Shown in pieces: positions 41,779 to 52,245 of a stretch of DNA of 64,000 nucleotides. Under the pieces are notes generated by a model. It had not been told where the DNA came from. It was given only the letters and a program-made list of their open reading frames with translations, and ran no database searches. The DNA lies in NCBI GenBank assembly GCA_905182285.1, contig CAJJAY010000007.1:60825-124824 (forward strand), read 5' to 3'. Within the stretch, counting starts at the first letter, position 1; the number at the start of each line of letters is the position of its first letter. The position numbers and the translations under genes were made by a program. Source of the stretch: an uncultured Amylibacter sp. GTDB lineage: Bacteria; Pseudomonadota; Alphaproteobacteria; Rhodobacterales; Rhodobacteraceae.

Positions 41779-43020
41779 TTATGCATTTTCAAGTTCAAAT
41801 GCATCATGCAATGCTCGGACAGCTAATTCCATATATTTTCTATCAACTAGAACAGATACTTTAATTTCTGACGTTGTGATGACGCGTATATTTACACCTT
41901 CATTAGCTAAAACTTCGAACATTTGCGCTGCAACCCCTGCATGGCTGCGCATACCATTGCCAACAATGGAAATTTTTGCGACCAATGTGTCAGCTATTAG
42001 TTCTTTATAGTTAATTAAATCTGCGTCCATCGCTCCTGTAAGAGCTTTTTTTGCTCGATTTACTTGATCAACTGGGCATGAGAAGGTCATATCTGTTCGG
42101 CCCTCTTCAGATATGTTTTGAACAATCATATCTACGTTTACACCAGCATTAGCCAATGGAACGAAGATAGCCGCAGCAACGCCTGGGCGATCAGCTACTG
42201 AAACAAGTGTTAATTTTGCCTCATCTCTAGAATATGCTACACCTTTTACTGCTTTAATATTTTCCATAATATCTTTCTCCTGGCAAACCATAGTGCCTAT
42301 ATTTTCAGATATGTCTTCTTCAAAGCTTGATAGTACACGAAGTGGAATTTTATAACTTCGTGCTAACTCTACTGACCGTGTCTGTAATACCTTTGCACCT
42401 AATGATGCTAATTCTAACATTTCTTCATATGAAATGTTATCTAATTTCCGAGCTCCAGAAACTATTCGTGGATCAGTAGTGTATATTCCATCAACATCAG
42501 TATATATATCACATCTTACTGCATTAACAGCTGCAGCAAATGCAACTGCAGTAGTATCTGAACCACCTCTGCCTAAAGTAGCAATTCTACCATCAGGCAT
42601 TACACCCTGAAAGCCAGCAATAACCGCTACTTTGTGCCCACTATCAAATGAATTAATTAAGTTTTCGGTAGGAATTGCATCAATCCTTGCACTTTCGTGA
42701 TGGCCTGTGGCTTTAACAGGCACTTGCCAGCCTTGCCAGGACCTTGCTTGAATACCCATTTGTTGTAATCTTAAGGCCATTAATCCACTGGTGATATTTT
42801 CCCCGGAAGAAACAACCGCATCATACTCTGCTTGGTCATAATCTTCTCGTGTCTCTTTAACCCAATTAACTAATTCATTAGTTTTTCCAGACATCGCTGA
42901 AACAATCACAATAATGTCATGGCCATTTTTAACTTCTTGAGCAACCTTTGAGGCTGCATTGGCAATTTTCCCCAAATCAGCTACGGAAGTACCACCAAAT
43001 TTCATTACTAAGCGTGACAT
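41779..43020 (-). CDS. lysC: Aspartate kinase
   Basis: KFGGTSV, TLGRGGSDTTA, TDVDGIY, two C-terminal ACT domains. Confidence 0.97.
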   Translation of the reverse strand: MSRLVMKFGGTSVADLGKIANAASKVAQEVKNGHDIIVIVSAMSGKTNELVNWVKETREDYDQAEYDAVVSSGENITSGLMALRLQQMGIQARSWQGWQVPVKATGHHESARIDAIPTENLINSFDSGHKVAVIAGFQGVMPDGRIATLGRGGSDTTAVAFAAAVNAVRCDIYTDVDGIYTTDPRIVSGARKLDNISYEEMLELASLGAKVLQTRSVELARSYKIPLRVLSSFEEDISENIGTMVCQEKDIMENIKAVKGVAYSRDEAKLTLVSVADRPGVAAAIFVPLANAGVNVDMIVQNISEEGRTDMTFSCPVDQVNRAKKALTGAMDADLINYKELIADTLVAKISIVGNGMRSHAGVAAQMFEVLANEGVNIRVITTSEIKVSVLVDRKYMELAVRALHDAFELENA

Positions 43021-43110
43021 TTAATTTGCCCAACCTTCATTTGTTTCAAACTACCAATTACCTAAATGTATTTATGAGAGCAAGGCGTTAAAGTTTTACA
43101 AAACTATACT

Positions 43111-43530
43111 TTAATTTGTTTGCCGTTTAATCCAGGGCAATGGAATTACTGGAATTCCATCATCTATTAGAGATTTAGCGTCTTTGATTTTTGCTTCACC
43201 ATAAATTGATCGTACAGGAGAATCCCCTTCATGCATAGCACGTGCTTCGGTGGCAAAGTTTTTGCCAACATTTTCTGATTCTGATTCAATTTTTTTTCTT
43301 GCTTCTGATATTTTTTTTTCAATCTCAGATGCCGGTTTAGATAATGAAACAGCTTGCTTTGTCTTTGAAGAGCTTACTTGGGGAGACATTATTGCACGCT
43401 TTATTTCATCTGATCCGCACACTGGACAAGATAACATTTTAGTCTTTTCTAATTTATCAAAAGCATCAACGCTATCGAACCAACTATTAAAAGTGTGGTC
43501 ATTATTACACTTAAGATTATAATGAATCAT
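43111..43530 (-). CDS. DUF1178 family protein (zinc-ribbon N-terminus)
   Basis: MIHYNLKC...H.F.SWF, CPVCGS, ENVG..FA.EAR.MH, IYGEA. Confidence 0.85.
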   Translation of the reverse strand: MIHYNLKCNNDHTFNSWFDSVDAFDKLEKTKMLSCPVCGSDEIKRAIMSPQVSSSKTKQAVSLSKPASEIEKKISEARKKIESESENVGKNFATEARAMHEGDSPVRSIYGEAKIKDAKSLIDDGIPVIPLPWIKRQTN

Positions 43531-43583
43531 GATTTAACAAGAAATGAAAAACTTTGAATGTTAAGCAGAATTAAGCTCCAATT

Positions 43584-44135
43584 TTAACGCCGACGATCTC
43601 GTCGCGCAGACATTGGTTGAAATGCAACGGCATTATGAGCCTCACAATAAGGCTTCCCTGTTTCAACATTTAAGCCGCAAAACCAAAAATCTTCAGTTGC
43701 TGGGTCGCCAACGGGCCACTTACAGGTTCGCTCAGTAAGTTCCATTAATGATAATTTTTTTGCCTTTTTCTCAATTTTAGCTACTTTTTCCAGAGCCTCA
43801 GCTGAAATTTCATTCGCAGAAGGTTGAGGAGGAAGTGGTTGCCCTGCTTTTATTATAGGTTTCCGTGGAGGTATGTTTGTTGCTTTGGGGGTGGAAATTT
43901 TACTTTCAGTCGTTGAAATCACAGGTGCCGTTGTTGGAGTCGACTTTATTTTGCTTGGTTCTTTTTTTGTTGTTGCCTTAGCTGTTGTCGCTCTATTTGA
44001 AAGCCCTAAACGGTGTACTTTTCCAATAACAGCATTTCTTGTAACACCACCTAGCTCTTTTGCTATTTGGCTTGCGGATTTACCCTCACCCCACATTTTT
44101 TTGAGGATCTCTACGCGATCATCTGTCCAAGCCAT
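43584..44135 (-). CDS. gcrA: Cell-cycle regulator GcrA
   Basis: MAWTDDRVE.LKKMW.EG.SASQIA, TRNAVIGKVHRLGL, CKWPVGDP, FWFCG, PYCEAH; SD GGAG before 44135. Confidence 0.95.
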   Translation of the reverse strand: MAWTDDRVEILKKMWGEGKSASQIAKELGGVTRNAVIGKVHRLGLSNRATTAKATTKKEPSKIKSTPTTAPVISTTESKISTPKATNIPPRKPIIKAGQPLPPQPSANEISAEALEKVAKIEKKAKKLSLMELTERTCKWPVGDPATEDFWFCGLNVETGKPYCEAHNAVAFQPMSARRDRRR

Positions 44136-44263
44136 TTGAATTCTCCAAAGCATATCCGAATTAGGTGAGTCGTTTATCTACCTATTGTTCGGGGATTATT
44201 AATCGCAACAACATACCTGTTAGGATTGAGGAGGACAATCCCTACCTCACATTTTATAAAATA

Positions 44264-45160
44264 TTAAATTTTAGTCTTTAAATTAATTTTTTCCCGCCAT
44301 GCAAGAGTAATTGCACTGATTAAAATTAAAATTATTCCTATTAAACTTATGTGATCAGGTAATTGATTAAATAATATAAAATCATAAAACGTAACAAATA
44401 TAAGTGTCATATATGAAAAGGGGGCCACATAACTCGCATCGGCTATAGCTATAGCAGTAATATAGCAAGCTTGAGCGCATATCATTAACAGTCCAATTGA
44501 AACTAGAGCAATCCATTGATGAAATGTGGGTTGTTGCCAAAAAAAGTATGCAGCAGTTATTGAGACAATAAATCCAATTGAGTTGTTAATAATCAAAATC
44601 TGAAATGAGTTTTCAGTTTTTGTAATTATTTTCATACAAATTAATTCAGCACCCATTAAAATGGCTGCAAAAAGCGCTAATAAACCAACAAGTTGAAATG
44701 AAGCAATAGATGGTCTTAGCAAAACAAATGCACCAATCAATGCTAAGATAGCTGCCAACCATCTATATTTTCCAATCGTTTCTTTTAAAAATAATATTGC
44801 AAACAGCATGGCAAAAACTGGATTCAAAAAGCTGATTGCAGTTGCGTCTGATAAAGGAATTAATGAAGCAGCTGCAAACATTAACGTAACGCCACACCAA
44901 CCCAATATTGAACGTAAAGCGTGCAATCTTAGATTAGGGGATTTAATTTTGGTTTTTTTAAAATAAAAAATGATTGCTAAGGCCATCCAAGCAAAAGAAA
45001 ATCGGCCTGCACTAATTTGAAATGGATGCAAACCTTGACCTAACCAATCTTGCCCTAAGCTTTTTGCTAAAATCATAGTGCCTGCTATAAAAACAGTAGC
45101 AAGTATTATTAATAGTGCAGCTTGGCTATTCAGATTTAATAATTTTAATTTATTTTGCAT
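44264..45160 (-). CDS. DMT/EamA family transporter
   Basis: About 10 TM segments; duplicated EamA pattern (LFLKE.IG..RW, APFSY). Confidence 0.88.
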   Translation of the reverse strand: MQNKLKLLNLNSQAALLIILATVFIAGTMILAKSLGQDWLGQGLHPFQISAGRFSFAWMALAIIFYFKKTKIKSPNLRLHALRSILGWCGVTLMFAAASLIPLSDATAISFLNPVFAMLFAILFLKETIGKYRWLAAILALIGAFVLLRPSIASFQLVGLLALFAAILMGAELICMKIITKTENSFQILIINNSIGFIVSITAAYFFWQQPTFHQWIALVSIGLLMICAQACYITAIAIADASYVAPFSYMTLIFVTFYDFILFNQLPDHISLIGIILILISAITLAWREKINLKTKI

Positions 45161-45272
45161 GGAAACCTTGATTTAAGAATTATCAAACTGATATTTCATA
45201 ATTTTTGTAGAATTGACTTAAATACATGAATAGCGCAAATAGATTTTTTAATTTTCTTCAAGGAGTCAAATA

Positions 45273-46451
45273 ATGATAACTTCTGTTATGCCAACCTATG
45301 CAAGAGCACCTCTTTCATTCATAAAAGGTGAAGGAAGTTGGTTAATTGATGAAAATTCACAAAAATATTTAGATATGGGCGCAGGTATTGCAGTTAACAT
45401 ACTGGGGCATGCGCACCCAGATTTGGTAAAAGCTTTACACAACCAAGCTGAGAACCTTTGGCATACATCTAATTTATATAATGTCCCTAATCAGAAAAAA
45501 TTGGCAGATGTTTTAGTTAGTGAAACTTTTGCAGATACTGTTTTTTTCACAAATTCAGGTACAGAAAGTATGGAATGTGCAATCAAAATGGCACGTAAAT
45601 TTCACTTTGAGAAAGGAATGCCAGAGCGTAATAAAATTATAACTTTTGAAGGCTCTTTCCATGGTCGATCTATCGGAATGATATCTGCAGCTGGGTCTGA
45701 AAAGTTAACAAAAGGCTTTGGACCACTATTGCCTGGGTTTGTGCAAATTCCATTTGGCGATCATGATGCATTGATGTCGGCGATTGATGAAACAGTAGCG
45801 GCAATTTTAATTGAGCCGATTCAAGGAGAAGGCGGAATTTTACCAGTTCCTGATCAGTGTTTGAAAGGTTTACGAGATTGCTGTGATCAAAAAGGTATTT
45901 TGCTTATCTTTGATGAAATCCAGTGTGGAATGGGGCGAACTGGAAAACTATTTGCACATGAATGGGCAGGTGTTGAGCCTGATATTATGGCAATTGCCAA
46001 AGGCATTGGAGGTGGTTTCCCATTAGGTGCCTGTCTTGCGACCCTGGAAGCAGCTGAATGTATGACTGCGGGAACTCATGGATCTACGTATGGTGGGAAT
46101 CCATTAGCAACTGCTGTTGGTCTTGAAGTTATGAAGCGTGTAAACACGACTGAATTTCTAAAAAATGTGAATTATTTAGCTATCAACTTTAGGCAAAGTC
46201 TAGAAGCTTTAGTTGCAAACCACCCTAAAATCTTTAAGTCAGTAAGGGGCTCTGGTTTAATGTTGGGTATTGAATGTGTCATCCCAAATATTGATGTTGT
46301 AAATGCTGGGTATGATTGCAAAATTTTAACCGTACCAGGTGGAGCCAATGTAATTCGATTATTGCCAGCTTTAAATATTTCGTTAAATGAACTAAAAGAA
46401 GCAACTACACGATTGAGTGCATCAGCATCAAAATTAGAGGCGTCTTTATGA
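45273..46451 (+). CDS. argD: Acetylornithine aminotransferase
   Basis: [38 protein letters not shown]; directly upstream of argF. Confidence 0.93.
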   Translation: MITSVMPTYARAPLSFIKGEGSWLIDENSQKYLDMGAGIAVNILGHAHPDLVKALHNQAENLWHTSNLYNVPNQKKLADVLVSETFADTVFFTNSGTESMECAIKMARKFHFEKGMPERNKIITFEGSFHGRSIGMISAAGSEKLTKGFGPLLPGFVQIPFGDHDALMSAIDETVAAILIEPIQGEGGILPVPDQCLKGLRDCCDQKGILLIFDEIQCGMGRTGKLFAHEWAGVEPDIMAIAKGIGGGFPLGACLATLEAAECMTAGTHGSTYGGNPLATAVGLEVMKRVNTTEFLKNVNYLAINFRQSLEALVANHPKIFKSVRGSGLMLGIECVIPNIDVVNAGYDCKILTVPGGANVIRLLPALNISLNELKEATTRLSASASKLEASL

Positions 46452-47374
46452 AACATTTTTTAGATATTAACAAAACGGATCTGAATCAATTAAATGAAAT
46501 ATTAGAGCATGCAAAAAATACAAAAAATGCAAGAGCTGGATTTTCGAATGGTACTAGTGACATTGAAAAACCATTATCAGGAAAAATGGTAGCGTTGATA
46601 TTTGAAAAGCCATCCACTCGTACTAGAGTTTCATTTGATATGGGTGTTCGTCAGATGGGCGGCCAAACAATGGTTTTGTCAGGTGCGGAAATGCAAATTG
46701 GACATGGCGAAAGTATTGCAGATACTGCGCGAGTTTTATCTCGGTACGTTGATATGATTATGATAAGAACATATGCAGAAGCAACATTGTTAGAGCTTGC
46801 TGAGTATTCAAGTGTTCCAGTCATAAATGGCTTAACGGATCGGTCACACCCATGTCAAATTATGGCAGATATAATGACTTTTCAAGAAAAGCATGGGTCT
46901 ATTTCTGGAAAGAAAGTTGTATGGCTTGGTGATGGTAATAATGTTTGCACATCATTTTTACATGCGGCTGGTAAGTTTGGGTTTAATTTAACTTTTGCAG
47001 GGCCTGAAGCATTGAATCCTGAAATTGAAGCTATTGGATATGCTAGATCACATGGAAGTGTGGTTGAGATCGAACGAGATGCTTCAAAGGCGGTTCAAGG
47101 AGCTGACTTAATTGTCACTGATACATGGCTATCAATGCATGATGATCAAGCAGCAAGAGCTCGCCGTCATAACCTTCTTAGGCCTTATCAGGTAAATGCG
47201 GAATTAATGAATATGGCAAATAAAGATGCAATTTTTATGCATTGTTTGCCAGCACATAGAGAAGAAGAGGTCACTTCAGAAGTAATGGATGGTAAAAATT
47301 CTGTTGTTTTTGATGAAGCTGAAAATAGATTGCATGTTCAAAAAGCAATAATGCAATGGTGTTTGGGTAAATAA
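46448..47374 (+). CDS. argF: Ornithine carbamoyltransferase
   Basis: STRTR, HPCQ, HCLP, AENRLH. Confidence 0.97.
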   Translation: MKHFLDINKTDLNQLNEILEHAKNTKNARAGFSNGTSDIEKPLSGKMVALIFEKPSTRTRVSFDMGVRQMGGQTMVLSGAEMQIGHGESIADTARVLSRYVDMIMIRTYAEATLLELAEYSSVPVINGLTDRSHPCQIMADIMTFQEKHGSISGKKVVWLGDGNNVCTSFLHAAGKFGFNLTFAGPEALNPEIEAIGYARSHGSVVEIERDASKAVQGADLIVTDTWLSMHDDQAARARRHNLLRPYQVNAELMNMANKDAIFMHCLPAHREEEVTSEVMDGKNSVVFDEAENRLHVQKAIMQWCLGK

Positions 47375-47396
47375 TATAAAATTTTATACCTAAATT

Positions 47397-48125
47397 TTAT
47401 ATACCTAATTGATCTTTGATAGTCTTAGCTTTTATTTCTTCAACCTCACCGGGCTTCAAATCGTCTAGTTTAAATGGGCCATAAGAAGTTCTGATTAATC
47501 GATTTACTCGTAGGCCAACATAATCCATTGCTCGGCGAATTTCACGATTTTTACCCTCTCGAAGGCCAATTGTTAGCCAAGCATTTGATCCTTGCTGTCG
47601 ATCTAATCTAACCTCCATGCCTTTAAATCTTTCACGATCAATTATTATACCTTTTCTGAGTGGGGCAACCATTTCTTCTGTTGGGTTTCCATTCACGCGA
47701 ACTCTGTATCTACGGAGCCATCCAGTAGCGGGTAGTTCTAATTTACGTTTTAATCCACCATCATTTGTTAACAGTAATAATCCTTCAGAGTTAATATCCA
47801 ATCTACCCACAGTCATTACTCGGGGCATATTTTCTGGAAAATAATCATAAATAGTATCACGACCTTTTTCATCTCGGTCTGTAGTCACTAATCCAGTTGG
47901 TTTGTAGTATCTCCAAAAACGCACTTTTTCAGCTTCACCTATTTGCTTGCCATTTACTAATATCACATCATTGTTAGTAACTTTTATAGCTGGTGTATCT
48001 AAAATCTTGCCATTTAAATTAATTTGACCAATTGCGATCATACGTTCTATTTCACGACGCGATGCAACGCCTGCTCTGGCAAGGTATTTCGCTATTCTTT
48101 GTGGTTCATCTGACATGCTCCTCAT
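47397..48125 (-). CDS. rRNA pseudouridine synthase (RsuA/RluB family)
   Basis: S4 domain (GVASRR), GRLD catalytic motif, EGKNREIRR. Confidence 0.93.
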   Translation of the reverse strand: MRSMSDEPQRIAKYLARAGVASRREIERMIAIGQINLNGKILDTPAIKVTNNDVILVNGKQIGEAEKVRFWRYYKPTGLVTTDRDEKGRDTIYDYFPENMPRVMTVGRLDINSEGLLLLTNDGGLKRKLELPATGWLRRYRVRVNGNPTEEMVAPLRKGIIIDRERFKGMEVRLDRQQGSNAWLTIGLREGKNREIRRAMDYVGLRVNRLIRTSYGPFKLDDLKPGEVEEIKAKTIKDQLGI

Positions 48126-48179
48126 ATGGAGTAATGAAAGACTGCTTGCAAGACCTGCATTTTTTGCGCATTCAGAATT

Positions 48180-48632
48180 ATGAATAATTTTATATCATTT
48201 ATGCCTATAGCTCTTAATGAGGCAAGAAAAGCAGCGTGCCGTGGTGAAGTTCCTGTAGGCGCCGTGATAGAATTGAATGGTAAGATAATCTCATCTGCTG
48301 GAAATAATACTCGGAAGTTAAACGATCCTACTGCCCATGCTGAAATTTTAGCAATTCGAGAAGCGTGCTCAATTTTAGGTGTTGAGCGGCTTATTAATGC
48401 TAATTTATATGTAACACTTGAACCATGTCCAATGTGTGCTGCAGCAATATCAAATGCTAGAATAGCTAATTTATATTATGGAGCTAGTGACTCAAAGTCT
48501 GGTGGTGTTGGTCAAGGCCCCTGTATTTTTAATCACCCTCAATCTCATCATAAACCTGAAGTTTATGATGGAATTTCTGAAACAGAGTGTAAAAAATTAC
48601 TTTTAGATTTTTTTAAAGAAAAAAGAGATTAA
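48180..48632 (+). CDS. tadA: tRNA adenosine deaminase-like nucleoside deaminase
   Basis: GEVPVGA, HAE, TLEPCPMC. Confidence 0.88.
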   Translation: MNNFISFMPIALNEARKAACRGEVPVGAVIELNGKIISSAGNNTRKLNDPTAHAEILAIREACSILGVERLINANLYVTLEPCPMCAAAISNARIANLYYGASDSKSGGVGQGPCIFNHPQSHHKPEVYDGISETECKKLLLDFFKEKRD

Positions 48633-48741
48633 TTTTTTACTACAATAATATTTAACATTTAATCATTATTGATATCAAAACCTTGCGTATAATCAATCAG
48701 CGCGTTAAATGAAACCAGATAAAAAGATCAGGATTTTAATC

Positions 48742-49029
48742 ATGTCGATTGATAAAGAAACTGCACGCCGCGCAGCACATTTAGCTCGGATAGCAGTACC
48801 AGAAGAAGAATTAGAAAATTTAGCTCAAGAACTTTCTGGTATTGTTGGGTTTATGGAGCAATTACTAGAGGTAGATGTAGAAGGTGTTGATGCTCTTACA
48901 TCAGTTTCACCAATGGCCCTCCCTAGAAGAACTGATGTCGTTTCTGACGGCGATCAAATTGATAAAATTCTCAAGAACGCACCAGACTCTCGCGAAGGTT
49001 TTTTTGCAGTTCCAAAAGTAATGGAATAG
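48742..49029 (+). CDS. gatC: Asp/Glu-tRNA amidotransferase subunit C
   Basis: AHLARI ... NAP..EGFFAVPKV; directly upstream of gatA. Confidence 0.93.
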   Translation: MSIDKETARRAAHLARIAVPEEELENLAQELSGIVGFMEQLLEVDVEGVDALTSVSPMALPRRTDVVSDGDQIDKILKNAPDSREGFFAVPKVME

Positions 49030-50520
49030 ATGATGACTGATTTATATAAATTTACTATAGCTGAAGCGCGTTCTAAATTACGTAACAGGGAGATTACATC
49101 CCTTGAATTAACAGAGTCTTGCATAAATGCTGTTGAGGGTTCAGATGCTTTGAACGCTTATTGTTTAAAAACGCCTGATTTAGCACGAGAACAAGCTAAA
49201 AAAGCAGATGAATTGTTGGCAAAGGGAAACACACAAGACATGTGTGGAATACCATTAGGTATAAAAGATTTATTTTGTACTAAAAATGTTAACTCTCAAG
49301 CAGCTTCTAAAATATTAACAGATTTCAAGCCTCAATATGAGAGTACAGTTACAAGTAGATTATGGGACCAAGGGGCAGTTATGCTTGGCAAGCTTAATAT
49401 GGATGAGTTTGCTATGGGATCATCAAACGAAACATCTGTTTATGGGCCTGCAGTAAACCCTTGGCGAAGAGATGGATCTGAAAAGAAGCTAACTGCTGGG
49501 GGTTCATCAGGTGGTTCTGCTTCAGCAGTTGCGGCTGATTTATGTCTTGGTGCCACTGGTACAGATACTGGGGGCTCAATTCGACAACCTGCTGCATTTA
49601 CAGGAATTGTTGGCTTAAAACCTACATATGGGCGGGTATCTCGATGGGGAATAATTGCTTTTGCATCTTCTCTTGACCAAGCTGGCCCAATGACAAAAAC
49701 TGTTAGAGATAGTGCTATTTTCTTAAATGCGATTTCAGGTCATGATATTAAAGATAGCACTTCTGCACCATTTATAGTGCCTAATTTTGAAGCAGCAATT
49801 ACTGGAGATATTAAAGGCAAAAAAATCGGTATTCCAAAGGAATATAGATTAGATGGTATGCCTGATGAGATCGAAAAACTCTGGAAAGATGGAGCGGAAA
49901 TGTTACGTGATTCTGGGGCTGAAATTGTTGATGTTTCACTTCCTCATACGAAATATGCACTGCCAGCATATTATGTCTTAGCTCCTGCTGAAGCGTCTTC
50001 AAATTTGGCGCGATATGATGGTGTGCGCTTTGGGCATCGAGCGACTTTAAAAGCTGGAGAAGGCATAGATGAAATGTACGCTCGCACTCGAGCTGAAGGC
50101 TTTGGTGATGAGGTTAAACGTAGGGTTATGGTTGGGGCATATGTACTTTCTGCTGGCTTTTATGATGCTTATTATCGCCGGGCTCAACGTGTGCGTACTT
50201 TAATAAAAAAAGATTTTGATGATGTCTATTCAACTGGAGTTGATGCTATCTTAACTCCTGCAACACCTTCTGCGGCTTTTGGCCTTGGTGAAATGAAAAA
50301 TGAAGATCCTATAAAGATGTATTTGAATGATGTTTTTACAGTCACGGTTAACCTTGCAGGATTGCCTGGAATATCTATACCGGCTGGATTAAGTTCTGAA
50401 GGTTTACCATTAGGTCTGCAACTAATTGGTCGTCCATGGGAAGAGGGTGAAATGATAAACATTGCATCAGTTCTTGAAAATGGTGCAAAATTTAATTTTA
50501 AACCAAATAAATGGTGGTAA
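49030..50520 (+). CDS. gatA: Asp/Glu-tRNA amidotransferase subunit A
   Basis: [28 protein letters not shown]. Confidence 0.97.
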   Translation: MMTDLYKFTIAEARSKLRNREITSLELTESCINAVEGSDALNAYCLKTPDLAREQAKKADELLAKGNTQDMCGIPLGIKDLFCTKNVNSQAASKILTDFKPQYESTVTSRLWDQGAVMLGKLNMDEFAMGSSNETSVYGPAVNPWRRDGSEKKLTAGGSSGGSASAVAADLCLGATGTDTGGSIRQPAAFTGIVGLKPTYGRVSRWGIIAFASSLDQAGPMTKTVRDSAIFLNAISGHDIKDSTSAPFIVPNFEAAITGDIKGKKIGIPKEYRLDGMPDEIEKLWKDGAEMLRDSGAEIVDVSLPHTKYALPAYYVLAPAEASSNLARYDGVRFGHRATLKAGEGIDEMYARTRAEGFGDEVKRRVMVGAYVLSAGFYDAYYRRAQRVRTLIKKDFDDVYSTGVDAILTPATPSAAFGLGEMKNEDPIKMYLNDVFTVTVNLAGLPGISIPAGLSSEGLPLGLQLIGRPWEEGEMINIASVLENGAKFNFKPNKWW

Positions 50521-50521
50521 T

Positions 50522-51064
50522 ATGCATAGGATTTTAGTTGGCTTATTTTTTGTGATGTTATTTGCAGGTTGTGAAGAAATTCCTGCACCCGTTAGTGCTG
50601 GTTCAATTATTGTAAAGCCGCTGACAAATATTATAGAAACTACTCTTAATCCAGAAGTTAGTGCTAACAATCTTGAAGCTGTTAATGAAGATTCTGAAAT
50701 ATTAGAAGAGAGTTCATCTGTTGTGGCGCCAGAGGGTTTATATGAGCCTGCTTTGTCATTGCCGGGTGGTAAAGATGCCTCAAAGCAAGAGATAGTCATA
50801 AATAAAATTCGTGAAATTACATTAAAAAAACGAACTAAAACTTTGGATTTACTTGAGTACAGTGCTTCACAAAGCCAATTGGTTGGAGAGCAAGTGTATA
50901 GCCGATCAGCTATATGGTATGAAAACGGTAATAATTGTCATGAATACTCAATACCAGAAATAGCACAAATGGCTTTTCTTAGTACAGGAGGCCCCAAACG
51001 AGATGCTTTGCTTTTGGATGCTGATGGAGATGGGTTTGCTTGTACTTGGATCCCAGTCCGATAG
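50522..51064 (+). CDS. Putative lipoprotein with a C-terminal Excalibur-like DxDxDG motif
   Basis: Lipobox LFAGC after a hydrophobic leader (ATG 50522); ends C..Y...AQ.AFL..GGP..D...LDADGDGFAC.W. Confidence 0.75.
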   Translation: MHRILVGLFFVMLFAGCEEIPAPVSAGSIIVKPLTNIIETTLNPEVSANNLEAVNEDSEILEESSSVVAPEGLYEPALSLPGGKDASKQEIVINKIREITLKKRTKTLDLLEYSASQSQLVGEQVYSRSAIWYENGNNCHEYSIPEIAQMAFLSTGGPKRDALLLDADGDGFACTWIPVR

Positions 51065-51071
51065 ATTTCTT

Positions 51072-51788
51072 ATGGATCATGACTTAAATATTATTCAGCA
51101 TCCCTCACCAAATTTTGGTATCAGACATGGAGGGATTTCTCCAAAAATAATAGTATTACATTACACTGCAATGCAAAACTCTAATGATGCATTGAATCGC
51201 TTGACAGATCCAAAAGCAGAAGTATCTGCCCATTATTTAATTGATAAGTTTGGTACTATTTTACAATTAGTAGATGAAGAAAATAGAGCTTGGCATGCTG
51301 GATGCGGTTCTTGGGGTGAGATAAATGACATTAATTCTAATTCAATTGGTATTGAATTAGATCATTGCCCTTCTATTGATAATAAATTTAATAAAAAACA
51401 GTTATCTTCACTGGAGGTCTTGTTGTTTGATATATTAAAGCGAAGGCCTCAAATAGTACCTAAATTTATCATAGGTCATTCTGATATGGCCCCGGGGCGT
51501 AAATCAGATCCAGGAATGAATTTTCCATGGAAAAGGTTTTCGGAAAAAGGATTATCAATCTGGCCAAAAAATATTTTAAATGTTCAAGTGGATTGGGATA
51601 TATTTAAATATAATGCAGAGCGATTTGGATATCGTGCGCCGACTGACAATACTGATGGGTGGACTAAAGTGCTGGATGTATTTCGGCTTAGGTTTTTACC
51701 AGACAAAAAGGGTGATTTATCTCAAGATGATATGGGGATGATCATTGCTCTTGCTACAACTTGGCCAAATAAAACAAACAATAATTAA
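51072..51788 (+). CDS. N-acetylmuramoyl-L-alanine amidase (Amidase_2, AmpD/AmiD-like)
   Basis: SPNF, VLHYT, VSAHY, RAWHAG, SIGIE, GHSD..PGRK.DPG. Confidence 0.92.
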   Translation: MDHDLNIIQHPSPNFGIRHGGISPKIIVLHYTAMQNSNDALNRLTDPKAEVSAHYLIDKFGTILQLVDEENRAWHAGCGSWGEINDINSNSIGIELDHCPSIDNKFNKKQLSSLEVLLFDILKRRPQIVPKFIIGHSDMAPGRKSDPGMNFPWKRFSEKGLSIWPKNILNVQVDWDIFKYNAERFGYRAPTDNTDGWTKVLDVFRLRFLPDKKGDLSQDDMGMIIALATTWPNKTNNN

Positions 51789-51800
51789 TTGTAATGGTTA

Positions 51801-51829
51801 TTGACCCTTTCACCTTCATCTACTAAGCG
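51801..51829 (+). promoter_or_regulatory. Putative sigma70 promoter of rnpB
   Basis: TTGACC-N17-TAAGCG ending 6 nt before the predicted RNA 5' end. Confidence 0.5.
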
Positions 51830-51835
51830 AATATA

Positions 51836-52181
51836 GCGGATGGCTGGGCGGCCGCGCGCAAGCGAGGAAAGTCCGGACTCTTTACAGCAATGGCGGCGGG
51901 TAACGCCCGCCTGGGGTAACCCAAGGGAAAGCGCCACAGAAAAAAAACCGCTCACTATAAGTGAGTAAGGGTGAAACGGTAGGGTAAGAGCCTACCGCAA
52001 TGTTGGTAACAATGTTGGCATGGCAAGCCCCGTCAGGAGCAAAACCAAGTAGGAACCGTGTGCCCTTAGGGGCGGGGTAGCTGAAGCCCCAACTGGTTCG
52101 GGTGGTTGCTAGAGCATTATGGTAACATAATGTGCAGATGAATGGTCGCTCACGACAAAATCCGGCTTATAGGCCATCCGC
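51836..52181 (+). ncRNA. rnpB: RNase P RNA, class A
   Basis: GAGGAAAGTCCGG, AGCGCCACAGAAA, GGGTGAAACGG and ACAAAATCCGGCTTA landmarks; P1 pairing GCGGATGGC / GCCATCCGC. Confidence 0.97.
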
Positions 52182-52230
52182 GTTAATGTTAATTAAAATA
52201 AATTGGGTTCTTATGGGCTTTTGACTATAT

Positions 52231-52245
52231 GTTCCTTATACGTTC
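52231..52245. promoter_or_regulatory. Alphaproteobacterial LexA (SOS) box
   Basis: GTTC-CTTATAC-GTTC is an exact GTTC-N7-GTTC, preceded by TTGACT. Confidence 0.6.

Noticed and set aside
39521-43020. lysC-ptsP linkage as a novel system
   Set aside because: A known conserved arrangement in alphaproteobacteria.
48742-50520. gatB missing after gatCA
   Set aside because: gatB is often unlinked in this group; no evidence of loss.
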